Translations under genes and position numbers: made by a program | NCBI RefSeq assembly: GCF_001194135.2 | Contig: NC_068996.1 | Location: 8,243,683-8,307,682, forward strand | DNA from: Octopus bimaculoides | Lineage: Eukaryota | DNA length: 64,000 bases | Reading direction: 5' to 3' | The notes under the pieces: model-generated | What the model saw: the letters and a program-made list of their open reading frames with translations, nothing else | Told to the model about the DNA's origin: nothing | The model's database searches: none | Part shown: in pieces, positions 1 through 11,984 of the stretch | Layout: each line of letters starts with the position of its first letter | Position numbering within the stretch: the first letter of the stretch is position 1

Positions 1-2077
1 GCGCAAACAACTTGTATATGAACTTTATAGTTGTCTTAGAGGTTGGTCTGTAGCACCTGCAAACCTCCAGCTACTTAGTACAGCTATCTACTATGATTAG
101 ATAGTAAGCACTGTTTACTGGTCCGGCATAGTCAGTGTGTTACCTAAACCATAGGTTCTATGTCTCTGGCCACGAGTGATATCTTACTGGTGGAGCTTTG
201 GCTGTGAGCGTGCAACCTCGGGAAGTTCTCACCAAGTTTTCGATATCTCGGTCCATAGACAGCCAATAGACATTACTCCTCATCAGAGCCTTCATCCTTG
301 CCGCTCCTGGATGTCCGCTGTAAAATTGATGCAATACACTTTTTTTGTAATGTAGTTGGAAACACCACTCTTTGGGCATACATCAGAATATCATCGCAGA
401 TTGAAAAAGTACTGGCATCTGAATTTTTATTCTGTTTATTTTTTAAAGCTTCTTTTATTTTTGTAATATACACATCACCTACTGCTTTCATTCTTATATC
501 CTGTGCCGTCACCGGTAGTTCTAGGATAGTTCGTCATAACACTTTTAATTTCACTTTTTGCCTGCAGTGCAGCTATAACAGTTTCTTCTAATGGTTCCAT
601 AGTTTTTGGAATTAATCTCGAGAGAAGTCCGCATGACCGATTTTTTTCGATGGAATGTATTGCATTTTGAAATTATAATTTATTAATATTACACCCCAAC
701 GTTGCAGGCGATAACCCTTTTTTAGACCCATGAATCGACAGCAAAGGTCTATAGTCTGTTTGCAATAAAAAAACTTCTGCCAAGCAGAAACTTGTAAAAT
801 TTGTTAACTGCAAAAATAATTGCTAGGGCTTCCTTTTCAATTTGACTACATCTCTTCTCTACCACTATTAGCAAGCGAGAAACATGAACCACTGGTTTTG
901 TACTTCTGTCTTTGCATTTATGAAGTAGAACTGCACTTAATCCGTGCTTAGAAGCATCAGAGGCTACAATGATGTCCATTTTGGGATCGTAGTGTGCCAA
1001 CGACAGGTCTGAGATTAGAATTTTTTTTATTTCGGCAAAAGTGTTCTGGCATTTAGTGGACCAATTCCACTTTACTCCTTAAATAAGTCGTTCAATAGAG
1101 CTCTTAACTTGTGCATATTAGGAATGTAGTTTTGATAACAGTTTGCCAGGCCAAGAAATGCTTGAAAGGTTGGAATATTTGTTGGTTCAGGTATATTCTT
1201 TATAGCGTCTACCTTCGACCGGTCAGGACATCTACCACTTTTATCTATTATTTGCCCAAAGTACTTAATTTGAGGTAGAAACAGTTCACCTTTTTCTTCA
1301 CTCAAAGTGAACCCGAAACAGTTTAATTTTCTTAAACACAGCTTTTATGTGTTCCACATGCTGTTCATGAGAATTACTCTTGATCAAAATATTGTTCAAG
1401 TACGTGATTGCAAATTAACAATCAGATAACATAGTATCCATGATTTTCTGGAATATTGCTGATGCCACTTTTAATCCAAAAGCTAATCATGTGCATCTGT
1501 ACAATCCTTGGTGTGTATTTATTGCCAAATACTTTGAGCATTTCTCATTTACTTTTATCTGTAAATAGGCTTCAAGCAGATCTAATTTGGAAAAACAATT
1601 TCCACTATTTAATTTTGAAAAGTTTTCTCTGTAGTCTGGTGTGGATGGTGGTATGTTTTTAAGCAATCGTTCAATCTTGTAGAGAAATCGGTATACAACC
1701 TAATCTTATTAAATATATATTTTTTAATACATACTGTACACTTCAAGTAATCCACCTTTTCGATGACTCCACTCTTTTCATTTACGGTTTCAATTTCTGC
1801 AAATGGTACTTTTCTGATTGCTTTAAATACAGGTACAATGTTTTCAGTTATTTGGAAATAGGCTTCCATCTTTCTACATTGACCTAAATCCTCTTATAAC
1901 ACTTGCGGGAACATTTTTTTCAATTTTTTTCTTCAGTTCTTCCAAAGACTTGTTTGTAACGGGGCAGCCATTTATGTTATTGCAATAAAGATTTATGAGG
2001 AGGTGCCATAAATTGAATAGTTCTAACCAATCTGTGCCAAACAGATTGATTGTATTATCCACAATGAATAAGTTTGG
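1..2077 (-). mobile_element. Decayed Ty3/Gypsy LTR retrotransposon pol (protease end, RT, RNase H, integrase; K02A2.6-like), runs off the left edge
   Basis: Frameshifted minus-strand peptides in Gypsy order: NLFGTDWLELFNLW; FLPQIKYFGQIIDKSG...FLGLANCY (RT); HYDPKMDIIVASDASKHGLSAVLLH...SQIEKEALAIIFAVNKF (RNase H); HPGAARMKALMRSNVYW...C (integrase Zn finger); DYAGP...YLIIVDS (integrase core, 1-135). Confidence 0.9.
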
Positions 2078-3270
2078 TTGTGTGTGTCTGTTGTATGTTT
2101 TTTTTTTTTTTTTTTTGACTGGGGAGGGGAGTCAGGGACATGTGTCTTTTTCTGTTTATCCGTAACTTTCTTCAGTTGTTTCTTCTTTCTCCTCAGCAAC
2201 TTTTTCTTCTTCTCTGACATGTTCTCCGGCTTGTCCGTTTTTTTCCTTCACCTCCTTTGCAGCATTTTGGGGAGGGGCCGCATTCTCTTTTTTCTTTTTC
2301 ATTCACTTGGAGCGAACATGGCCCTTTTTCTCCACACTTGAAGCATCTGGGCCTATATCCCTCCACGGCCACTTGCAATGATAGCCCCTCTCCTACAAAT
2401 ACCCTATCAGGCAAATTTTTCAGGGTCTCGTATGCCGATTGGACTACCCTTTCTAATGTCTGGCCTTTCCAATTTATGGCGTTCTTCTTTTTCATCTGTA
2501 AGATGGATACCTCCTCCTCTATGTCATAAATCACAGCCACTGCTACACACATAACTTCATATCCTACTGGTATTTCTTCCACCGTAATTTTTACAGTTCT
2601 GCAACCCAAGTATATGGGTAGCAGCATTATCTCGTCATTTTTTAGTGTCTTTCTTGACACCTCTTTGGCTATGTCAGCCATTTGGAACTGTGCTTTGGCA
2701 GTTGCGCTTCGTGTTCCATGGCCAATGTAGCATACCTTATTCCATATTGGTTGCAAGCACCTCTCCACCACTTCATTTTTGGCTTCCATAATCCTCTTTT
2801 CCCTCAGGTTGTAGATTTTGTATACTACCGTTCTAGCATTAATTGCTTGAACTGTTTCAGGAGGTGGCAACAGTTTAGTGTCGCTGCCACTTTTTTTAAT
2901 TAAATTTCGGAACTTGAACAGTTGCTCCATTTTCAATTCTAACTCAGTCACGTTACCGCTCACTGTGGCCAAAAAACTTGGCTTTTCCTGTGTTTCCTCA
3001 TTATTACTTTGTTAATCTTTTTCCCATCGCAGGAAATTTTTTTTTGGGATGCAATGTTAAATTCCATCATAAAAACTTTTTTAAATCTTTGTCAAAAATG
3101 ACAAATTCACAAAAAAAATAAACCCAGTAATGGGGTAAAACAAATCGTTCAATAAAAAGTTTTTTTGAAAATAATACTCCAACAGAATTTTCTGCTCCGT
3201 AGGGTGAAAATTACTGTTTCTAGGCATACAACAGTTCAAATAACAGAATTTCAAAGTTTAACACAGAAAA
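2078..3270 (-). mobile_element. Non-LTR retrotransposon ORF1-like fragment (Tx1/L1-like gag with zinc knuckle) inserted in the Gypsy remnant
   Basis: 259-aa ORF 2193-2972 with VAVEGYRPRCFKCGEKG knuckle and K/E-rich end, then an A21 tract (T run at about 2097-2117 on +); Gypsy sequence resumes at 2077; left boundary firm, right boundary approximate. Confidence 0.65.
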
Positions 3271-3420
3271 ATGATGTACAAAAACAGGAACGAACTCACA
3301 TAACATTTGGTAGCAAAATGTAACTCATGACGCAAAAGATTGTTCAGCTAGAAGTGGTGTTGCCAAATTCCCATTTGAAATATATAGTTTTCAAAGTGAC
3401 AACTACTCACTGATCTATAA

Positions 3421-3660
3421 ATTAGAAAATTACTATTTGTAAATCTCACAATGAGAGATTTTCAGCAACAGTACTTTGGAGTAAAGATTATTTGCCAACA
3501 TAACATGGCAGACCTGGTTTAGGACGAATGTTCGAAGATATATGGACACAGATTGTGTTGTATAGCCAGCTGGAGACAATGTCTCCTGGGGCTAAATTAC
3601 ATCAACATTTGTTCTAAACCAAGAATGCCATGCAAATAATCTTTACTCCATAAAATTTCT
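3421..3660. mobile_element. Foldback (long inverted-repeat) element, internally deleted copy
   Basis: Arms match 5873-6030 and 46391-46789 (cagcaacagtactttggagtaaagattatttgccaacataacatggcag...). Confidence 0.7.
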
Positions 3661-3870
3661 TGTTTTTTCATTGCAATCACTCTAGAACTTTCTGTATTTG
3701 AACCTCGTAATCTTGTTCTACAATGAGAACTCTTGTGTCCCAGCTTCTGACAACTTGTTTTTAAATGGAAAATCCTTTTTGTAACGTAGGCCTCCACAAC
3801 CATGACATGGATTCGAATCTGACACTTTTTGTTTTGTTTGATGGGTTTAAAATTTGGAAAGTCAAATAGG
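3660..3870 (-). mobile_element. Gypsy gag remnant with two degenerate CCHC zinc knuckles
   Basis: Minus strand reads NPCHGCGGLRYKKDFPFKNK then, after a frameshift, CQKLGHKSSHCR; same strand as and upstream of the pol remnant. Confidence 0.5.
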
Positions 3871-4724
3871 GTTGTTGGGGATTACCTAAGGGGTGTTCGG
3901 GATATGTGCCGTGTGGTTATTTATCCTGGGTTGCATGTAGATTTTGGGTAAAATTTGAAGGTAAAATTTGAACTCCTATTGGAATTTACATACCACGGAC
4001 AAGAAGCATTTCTACCACTTCTACACACCACTTTCCTTGGATAATGGAACTGCAACTATAAAATCCTACATATATTTTTATTTTTATTTCTACATTCGTT
4101 CTCCTGTCTCCCTTATACACTCCTTATTTGCTTCCTTTTCCAAACTAACTCCTTATATTGAACTGTAATAACTCCTTCTATTTAACCATACCACGCTGTC
4201 TCTGATAGAGCGATATCCCTAATATCCCAGAAACAGCTGAGACTAACTTTCTCTTTATAAAATGTCCTATAAATTCCACACAGCCTTGGCTTTGTTGCCT
4301 CATTTTATTTAACATATACATGCTCATACAAGACCCACATTAGACTCTTCACTCGTATCATTATCAAACTGAGAGTTTAACTAGTCCTTCCATAGCACTT
4401 ACATAGCGTTACCTGCCACCTTGGGTCTTCTGGATACCAGTACCTCTCAATACATACATGCAGATATATATGTACACTTCTCTATTTTTCAATTGTGTGT
4501 ATTTACTGTATGACCTTACCTCCAAACAAACCATTGAGAGAGAACTTCTGTTTGAATGTTCAACCTACCTTATGTTCTGACTATACAAGTTGAATTTTTC
4601 AAAACAAAATTTACAGTAAAAACAAAAAAGAGAAGTAGGCCAACTTATATGGGAGGACTAAGAATTTCATGTGAAATGCAGCAGGATTTGGAACGGCAGT
4701 GATGAGGTTTGGATCTCTGTTATC

Positions 4725-5098
4725 TCATTTACTTGTTTTAGTCATTAAATTATGGCCATGCTGGGTCACTGCCTTGAATTTTTAGTCACATGAATCTACC
4801 CCAATACTTATTTTGTTTTCTAAAGCCTGATACTTACTCCATTTGTTATCTTTTGGTGAACTGCTAAGTTACAGGGATGTAAACACACCAACACCGCTTG
4901 TCAAATGGTGGTGGGGGGATAAACACACACACACACACACACAAACTTTTTTCAGTTTGCATCTACTAAACCTACTCACAAGGTTTTGGTCGGCCTGAGG
5001 CTATTGTAGAAGACACTTGCCCAAGGTGCCATGCAGTGGGATTGAACCCAGAACCATGTGGTTGGGAAGCAAGCTTCTTAATACACAGTCACACCCAC
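4725..5098 (-). mobile_element. tRNA-derived SINE family A copy
   Basis: Matches family A consensus (head ...gggttcaatcccactgcatggcaccttgggcaagtgtcttct..., tail ...cagcatggcc...aatgactaaaacaagtaaa). Confidence 0.8.
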
Positions 5099-5185
5099 AC
5101 GTAGTGTTTACACTATATGTTAACAATGTAAATATACAATGTTGACTTGTATGGTGGAAAATAAGATTGAAGTTATATCTATCTA

Positions 5186-5218
<33 letters not shown>

Positions 5219-5271
5219 TTGTCTGTCTGTCTGTCTAAATATATATATATACATACACGTGTGTGTGTGCA

Positions 5272-5780
5272 TGCATGGCTGTGTGGTCAGAAGGTCGCTT
5301 CCCAGTCACATGGTTCCAGGTTCACTCCCACTGCATGGCACTTTGGGCAAGTGTCCTCTGCTATAGCCTCAGGCCAACCAAAGCCTTGTGAGTGGATTTG
5401 GCAGATGGCAACTGAAAAAGGGTTATCATATATACATATTTGTATGTGTATATTGATATTTTTGGTCTTTGTTTTCTCCCTATTTATATGTATATATATG
5501 TATGTATATTTTGCATATTCATCCCAAGCAATTTTAATTGTTTATATGCATCATTATACATGTATATAATATATATGTATGTTTGTTTGCCTTTGTGCTT
5601 ATCTGTGTTTGTCCCCCACCACTGCTTGACAACCAGTGTTGGTGTGTTTATGTTCCCTGGAAACTTAGCAGTTTGGTAAAAGAACTGATAAAATAAGTAT
5701 CAAGCTTAAAAAAGAAAAGTACTGGGGTCAATTCATTTGACTAAAATGCCCCAGCATGACTGAAACAAGTAAATGATAAA
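5272..5780 (+). mobile_element. tRNA-derived SINE family A copy with expanded internal microsatellite
   Basis: Head tggctgtgtggtcagaag...caggttcactcccactg, ctttgggcaagtgtcct, tail ccccagcatgactgaaacaagtaaa. Confidence 0.8.
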
Positions 5781-5872
5781 AGATTATATATAATATATAT
5801 GTATGTATGTATGTATATGTGTGTGTTGGGGAGGGGGAGGGGGTCTGCATGTTTACAATGATTCTACTACAA

Positions 5873-6030
5873 TGTTGTTAGAAAATTGCTATTTGTAAAT
5901 CTCACGAGAGATATTCAGCAACAGTACTTTGGACTAAAGATTATTTGCCAACATAAATTACAGCAACATTCGTCCTAAACCACAACTGCCATGTTATGTT
6001 TGTAAAATTATCTTTACTAGAGTACTGTTG
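5873..6030. mobile_element. Foldback element, collapsed copy
   Basis: Same arm sequence as 3421-3660 and 46391-46789, joined head to head with most of the centre lost. Confidence 0.65.
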
Positions 6031-6678
6031 TTTTAATCCTAACTCATTGGTTTAATCTAATGGTTTGCCAAACAAGGACATTTCAAAACTGTAATTTCTG
6101 TATTCAATTATTAATGTGAGAAAAATCTGATGCCGAATCACACAGAGTTGTTAATCAAATACCGGAACGTATTTTGTCTGAAATGTTCAATATAAGTTTA
6201 TTTTGGAGATTATATATTTTTTACTTTTTATTTGATATACATACTTTTGTTGTTGTTGTTGTTGTTGATTGACATACTGTATATTGATATTAAAATGTAC
6301 TCATTTTTTTCTCATGTCATCATAATCTGCTGATAAGAAAACTCTTAAGTATGTTTGTTAATTTTGTTTTTATCTCGTCTTAAAATTTAAAACTATTAGT
6401 GGCTCCCTGTATGTCCCAGACTTTTATTCCTTAACATTTTGGTGGTAATTAATGAAAGTTGGAGCAATTTCACTATATGTAATAGAAATTATATATGCCT
6501 CATGATGTCATTTGAACAGTATTATTTCAAACAGTTGTTAAGCCTAGTACTTATTCTATCGGTCTGTTTTACTGAACTGCTAAGTTAAAGGTATGTAAGC
6601 ACACCAACATCAGTTGTCAAGCGATGGTGGGGGGACAAACACAGACACACAAATACACACACACACACACACACACAC

Positions 6679-6904
6679 AGCAGTGAGCTGGCAAAAACGT
6701 TAGCACGCCGGGCGAAATGCTTAGTAGTATTCCATCTGCCGCTACGTTCTGAGTTCCAATTCTGCCGAGGTCGATTTTGCCTTTCATCCTTTCGGGGTCG
6801 ATTAAATAAGTACCAGTTACGCACTGGGGTCGATATAATTGACTTAATCCGTTTGTCTGTCTTTGTTTGTCCCCTCTGTGTGTAGTACCTTGTGGGCAGT
6901 AAAG

Positions 6905-6910
<6 letters not shown>
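6679..6910 (+). mobile_element. tRNA-derived SINE family B, tail type B1, within a (CA)n tract
   Basis: gagctggcaaaaacgttagc...gttctgagttccaattc...cctttcatcctttcggggtcgat...tttgtcccctctgtgtgtagtaccttgtgggcagtaaagaaataa. Confidence 0.9.
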
Positions 6911-6947
<37 letters not shown>

Positions 6948-7013
6948 ATATATTTATACACACACACACNNNNNNNNNNCACACACATACACATATATTT
7001 ATACACACACACA

Positions 7014-7060
<47 letters not shown>

Positions 7061-7509
7061 GAGGCAAATTTGTTGTTGAAGCAGCACTTAAATTTGAAAA
7101 TTGTTTAAAATACATCTAAAATACATTTCAAATTGTTTCACATCTATGTGTTTACTCTGTATATGCTTTGTGTATTTTGCGGTGACTGCAGTAGCATAGC
7201 AGATTATATATACTCTCAAACTACTTGGTGTAAAACACCACACAGATTACTCACCCTCAATCCCATTTCAGAGTGATGGACATTGGGTTTGTCAACATCA
7301 TGTACCTGCCAGGGTTGAAGGCAAGTCACCCAGCCAGTCCATGTCTTATATGCTCATGGCTTGTAAAATCATAAGCTGCTATGCCTGGAAATTGCAAATG
7401 TAAGAGAAAATTTACATATGGAATAAAAGCAGGTGTAGTATAATGAATATTATTAACTACATATACTTAATGTACATGCTTTGTGTGTCTGTGTGTGTGT
7501 GCGTGTGTG

Positions 7510-7576
<67 letters not shown>

Positions 7577-8106
7577 NNNNNNNNNNNNNNNNNNNNNNNN
7601 NNNNNNNNNNNNNNNNNNNNNNNNNNNNNNNNNNNNNNNNNNNNNNNNNNNNNNNNNNNNNNNNNNNNNNNNNNNNNNNNNNNNNNNNNNNNNNNNNNNN
7701 NNNNNNNNNNNNNNNNNNNNNNNNNNNNNNNNNNNNNNNNNNNNNNNNNNNNNNNNNNNNNNNNNNNNNNNNNNNNNNNNNNNNNNNNNNNNNNNNNNNN
7801 NNNNNNNNNNNNNNNNNNNNNNNNNNNNNNNNNNNNNNNNNNNNNNNNNNNNNNNNNNNNNNNNNNNNNNNNNNNNNNNNNNNNNNNNNNNNNNNNNNNN
7901 NNNNNNNNNNNNNNNNNNNNNNNNNNNNNNNNNNNNNNNNNNNNNNNNNNNNNNNNNNNNNNNNNNNNNNNNNNNNNNNNNNNNNNNNNNNNNNNNNNNN
8001 NNNNNNNNNNNNNNNNNNNNNNNNNNNNNNNNNNNNNNNNNNNNNNNNNNNNNNNNNNNNNNNNNNNNNNNNNNNNNNNNNNNNNNNNNNNNNNNNNNNN
8101 NNNNNN

Positions 8107-8418
8107 CCCAGTGTTTGACTGTTCCATATGAAGGAGCATTGTCTGTTAAGGTTCTCACCATATCTTCATGGATTTCTGATGGAGTCATGCCTTTCAAATG
8201 AAGCTACTTTATGACAGCACGATACTCAGTTTTCTCCATTTTCCTTGTAAATTCGAAACTCGTTTATTCAAAAATCTCCAACAAAAAAATTTTAAATATC
8301 AAAATCATGAAAATGAGCAAGAATACTCCGAAAAGACTGTACTTAACAGAAAAAATTGTTTCAGCTACCTAGCAGCCCCGTTTCTAGGTTAGGCTCAAAA
8401 CTTTTCAGACACCCCTCG
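8107..8418 (-). mobile_element. Mariner transposon 5' remnant, truncated by a gap
   Basis: TIR-like TA-CGAGGGGTGTCTGAAAAG (TA at 8419-8420) and N-terminal HTH peptide MKGMTPSEIHEDMVRTLTDNAPSYGTVKHW. Confidence 0.8.
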
Positions 8419-8949
8419 TATATATATTGCTTAGGAATTGTGAAACTAATAACCTAGTGTAGAACTCAATATACGTATATTTCAGAACAAAGTGGTAGAT
8501 GAGTATAGACCAGTAATAAGAAAATGAGATGATACAGCAAAAACAGTGGTTATGTTATGAACTTCATTAGCTTACTGCTGTTTCTGCTTTAAGATGCAGT
8601 GGACTATTTGTTGAGTGCCTGAATAACACCCTAAAGCTTCATTGGAGCCTTGGATATGAAGTGCAATATATTTTGGGAAGGCAATATACAGGGAAGGCAT
8701 TACCAGTGAGAAAGTTATGGAACATTTACATTGATGACTCTGAATTTCTCAACAGTGATTAAATACTCATTACTGTTTATCAACTGTTGCAAGATTAATG
8801 CATGTTTAAAGCATGTATAGCACAAGAGAAAACAATGTTGGTACAACCGTTACTGAATTTTTTGACTGCATACTTTACGTCATTTTGTCATTTAGTGAAT
8901 TCAGCCCTCGGTTTCCAACAATATTGAGATCTACCGTTGTTACTTCTTT

Positions 8950-9072
8950 TTGGCTCTCCCCACTTCTCTCTCTCCCCACTTCTCTCTCTCCCCCCACTTC
9001 TCTCTCTCCCCACTTCTCTCTCTCCCCACTTCTCTCTCTCCCCACTTCTCTCTCTCCCCACTTCTCTCTCTC
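8950..9072. repeat. Pyrimidine-rich minisatellite (ctccccacttctctct, 16-18 bp units)
   Basis: About 7 direct units visible. Confidence 0.9.
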
Positions 9073-9112
9073 TCTACACACACATGCACTCACATGTGTG
9101 TGTGTGTGCATG

Positions 9113-9147
<35 letters not shown>

Positions 9148-9149
9148 CG

Positions 9150-9330
9150 CTGACCACTACACACATTGTTTTCTCTCCTTGTTTCTTTCTGTGTTCCTTT
9201 CTGTTGAAGTGTGTAGGCTCAAAATGTTAAAGACTTTCTCTATTCCTGAGCGTTATACTAATACATCCATTTGTTGTCTTCACCACCTGTCTTCGTCTGT
9301 TGTTTTTTCGTGAATTCTCCCTATATATAC
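9150..9330 (+). mobile_element. Penelope-like terminal repeat, family 2, with degenerate hammerhead-like core
   Basis: Homologous to 52920-53090; cttt-CTGTTGA-a-gtgt-gtag-gctc-aaaa-tg-tt-aaag at 9197-9232. Confidence 0.5.
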
Positions 9331-9393
9331 ATATGTATACATATACATATACACACACACATACACACACACACACATATATATACACACATA

Positions 9394-9435
<42 letters not shown>

Positions 9436-11420
9436 TACATATATATGTTAATATATATATATATATATATACATATTCATGCAAATAGGAGACATTAAAT
9501 TTGACCAATGAGAAATTCTGTGTGCTTCAGTGCTTATTCATGAAATGTTTACAATACAGACACACAAAATTCTTATTCAGAGAAGTAGCAAGATTGATGA
9601 TGTGTTACACCTTAACAATATTTAAATTATTGATCTTATTCACTCTAGCATGGATCCTGAAAGCAAATTGTGTGAGTATGTGTGTGCCTGCGCGTGCGTA
9701 TATGTGTGTGTACTTTTGTGACTGAAAAATAGCTGTAGAATGATAATAGTAAGTAATGTTTCATCAAGAAACCTAGTAAATTTCTGATTAATTTTAGCTG
9801 GCACATGTGTGGGTGTTTATGAAACCATATACATTTTATTTCTCTTTTGTTTACTTGTTTTACCTTTTGGTTAAATTAAATTAGATATGAAAACTTATCT
9901 CCACCAAATATATCTTTTTTTTTTTTTTTACGTGCAATGTCAATGAAAGTAAACAGATTATCTTTAAAAGAAAAAAAAATTTAGTTTGAATTTATAATTT
10001 GCTTATTTCAGTATTTGAATAACTACTGACTGTCACAAATATCCAAATACTAAAACCGCCTTTCTTTCTTCATTGGAAATCTGATGACTTGCTATAATTA
10101 GCTCAGAGTAGACCAACCACGAGCAGTCAATAGTTTTACTACTTTCTCGTACTAACAAATGACATATAGAATCTACACTACCTTGCTTTGTTTATTTATT
10201 TATTTAATAATTTTTTTTTTCATGTCTGATATGTCATTTGAATTTATATGCCATGTTGCTTCCTGCAAGAATATTCCTTACTAAGTTACTCTTGATTTTT
10301 TTTTTTTTTTTTTCAGTTTTCTTTCTAGATCTTTTCCTTACTTTAAAATGCTCATTATTTATTTATTTATATATTTACTTACTTTTTGAATTTCATTTGT
10401 CCCCCCCCCCTCCATCTCCGTTTCTCTCACACTTCTTTTCAAACCTAATCTATGTAGTTTCATCTTTGTTTCTAAACGATGAGTCATAACATACCACACA
10501 TTCATTGCACTTCACAAACACACAAGCACGCATGCGCATGCTGTGGTTTATGAATATTCTGCTACATAAACACTCACAAAAGCTTGAATGCAGAAATATT
10601 TTGTTACACAAACTCTCTGCTACCTGACAACTATAGCTGGTTATGTTACCAAAAGTATTGATCTGTTCTCAAGTTCAGAAGTCAAAATTTTCATACAGCT
10701 GATACGTATTAGTCACTTATGACTAATATAGCTTCATGCTTCTACCTCATCGAAGCAGTCTTTGTTGAATGACTCTCGTTGCAGTTAACCATAATCAAAC
10801 TTTGCCTTTTATTCCTTAGTGGTTTCAGCCTTTTTGTCTCTGGCCATGCTGCAGCACTGTTTTCAAGGGTATTAGTTGATTGTTATTTATTTATGCTACT
10901 CACCTCTGAGGACAATGAACAATAGTCATGAGCAGTCAAAATGCCACAAATTGTTTTTGGTTTGACATGCTGAGGTGCAGTTGTTGGTGTCGCTGTGTGG
11001 TAAAGAAACCTGTTTCCCAACCAGGTGCTTTCAGGTTCAGTTGCACTGCACAGTACCCTGTGCATGTGTCTTTTACTAATGCCATGGAATGACCAAATCC
11101 TTGTGAATGTATTTGATAGTAGAAACTGAAAGAAAATCATCATATGCATATATGTGTGTGTGTTTCTTTGTCTTGGCCTCTCATGATACTTGTAAATGAG
11201 TGTCAACATCATACAAGAAAAGTCATTCATTTACAGTCTTCCTTGAAAACATGTCTGCTAATGGGGAAATGTTACTTTGCTTGGAATTAAGTAAGTGTAG
11301 GTGATATGAAAGGCATCCAGCTGTAAGAAAATCTGCCTCAGTGAATTTTATCTGATCTATGTGACCATAGAAAAGTAGATGTTTAAATAATGATAAATAT
11401 TGAGTACTGTTGTCACATAC

Positions 11421-11850
11421 GGGCAGGTGCTCCTGTGGATTGTTTAACTCTGTTGGACTGCATTCAACGCTGTATCTGTAATGCTATTGATCCTGAAATA
11501 TCTTCTTAATTGGATTCACCCTCTCATTGTCATTGTGTGACTTCCTTGTCTCTTTTCTATAAGTATTTTCATGGACATTGTTCAGCTGATCTCTCTTCTC
11601 TGGTTTCTCCTTTAAGAACTTATCAGCGATCAACTAGACTTGCATCCAGTTCTCATCAGTATACTTTACAGTATCAGTTTTTTCCCTCTGAACTTTGGAA
11701 TTCCCTTCCACAGTTTTGTTTTCCTCTTCAATATGTCCTCTTCCAGTCTTTTAAGTCTAATGTACATCATTACCTTTTGACTTCTGTCTAGCGTCCATTA
11801 TCAGCTCTTATGTTTTCAGTGGTCTTAGGACTGTGTAACGAACGATTGCT
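11421..11850 (+). mobile_element. CR1/L2-group LINE 3' fragment
   Basis: Peptide SLSLFYKYFHGHCSADLSSLVSPL...FFPSELWNSLPQFCFP...FKSNVHHYL typical of the CR1-group ORF2 C-terminus; ends in an A-rich tail. Confidence 0.75.
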
Positions 11851-11929
11851 TTAAAAAAAGAAATATGATAATGCTAATTATGTTGTTGATATTTGGCATT
11901 TTAAGACAATACAAATGCACATGGGCATG

Positions 11930-11984
<55 letters not shown>

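Noticed and set aside
7443-8201. Long ORFs in the ORF track here and at 28884-29330, 43232-43990, 45105-46212, 54051-54725 and 57767-58180
   Set aside because: They run through N gaps and (TA)n/(CA)n tracts and are artefacts; only the mariner peptide at 8107-8197 is real
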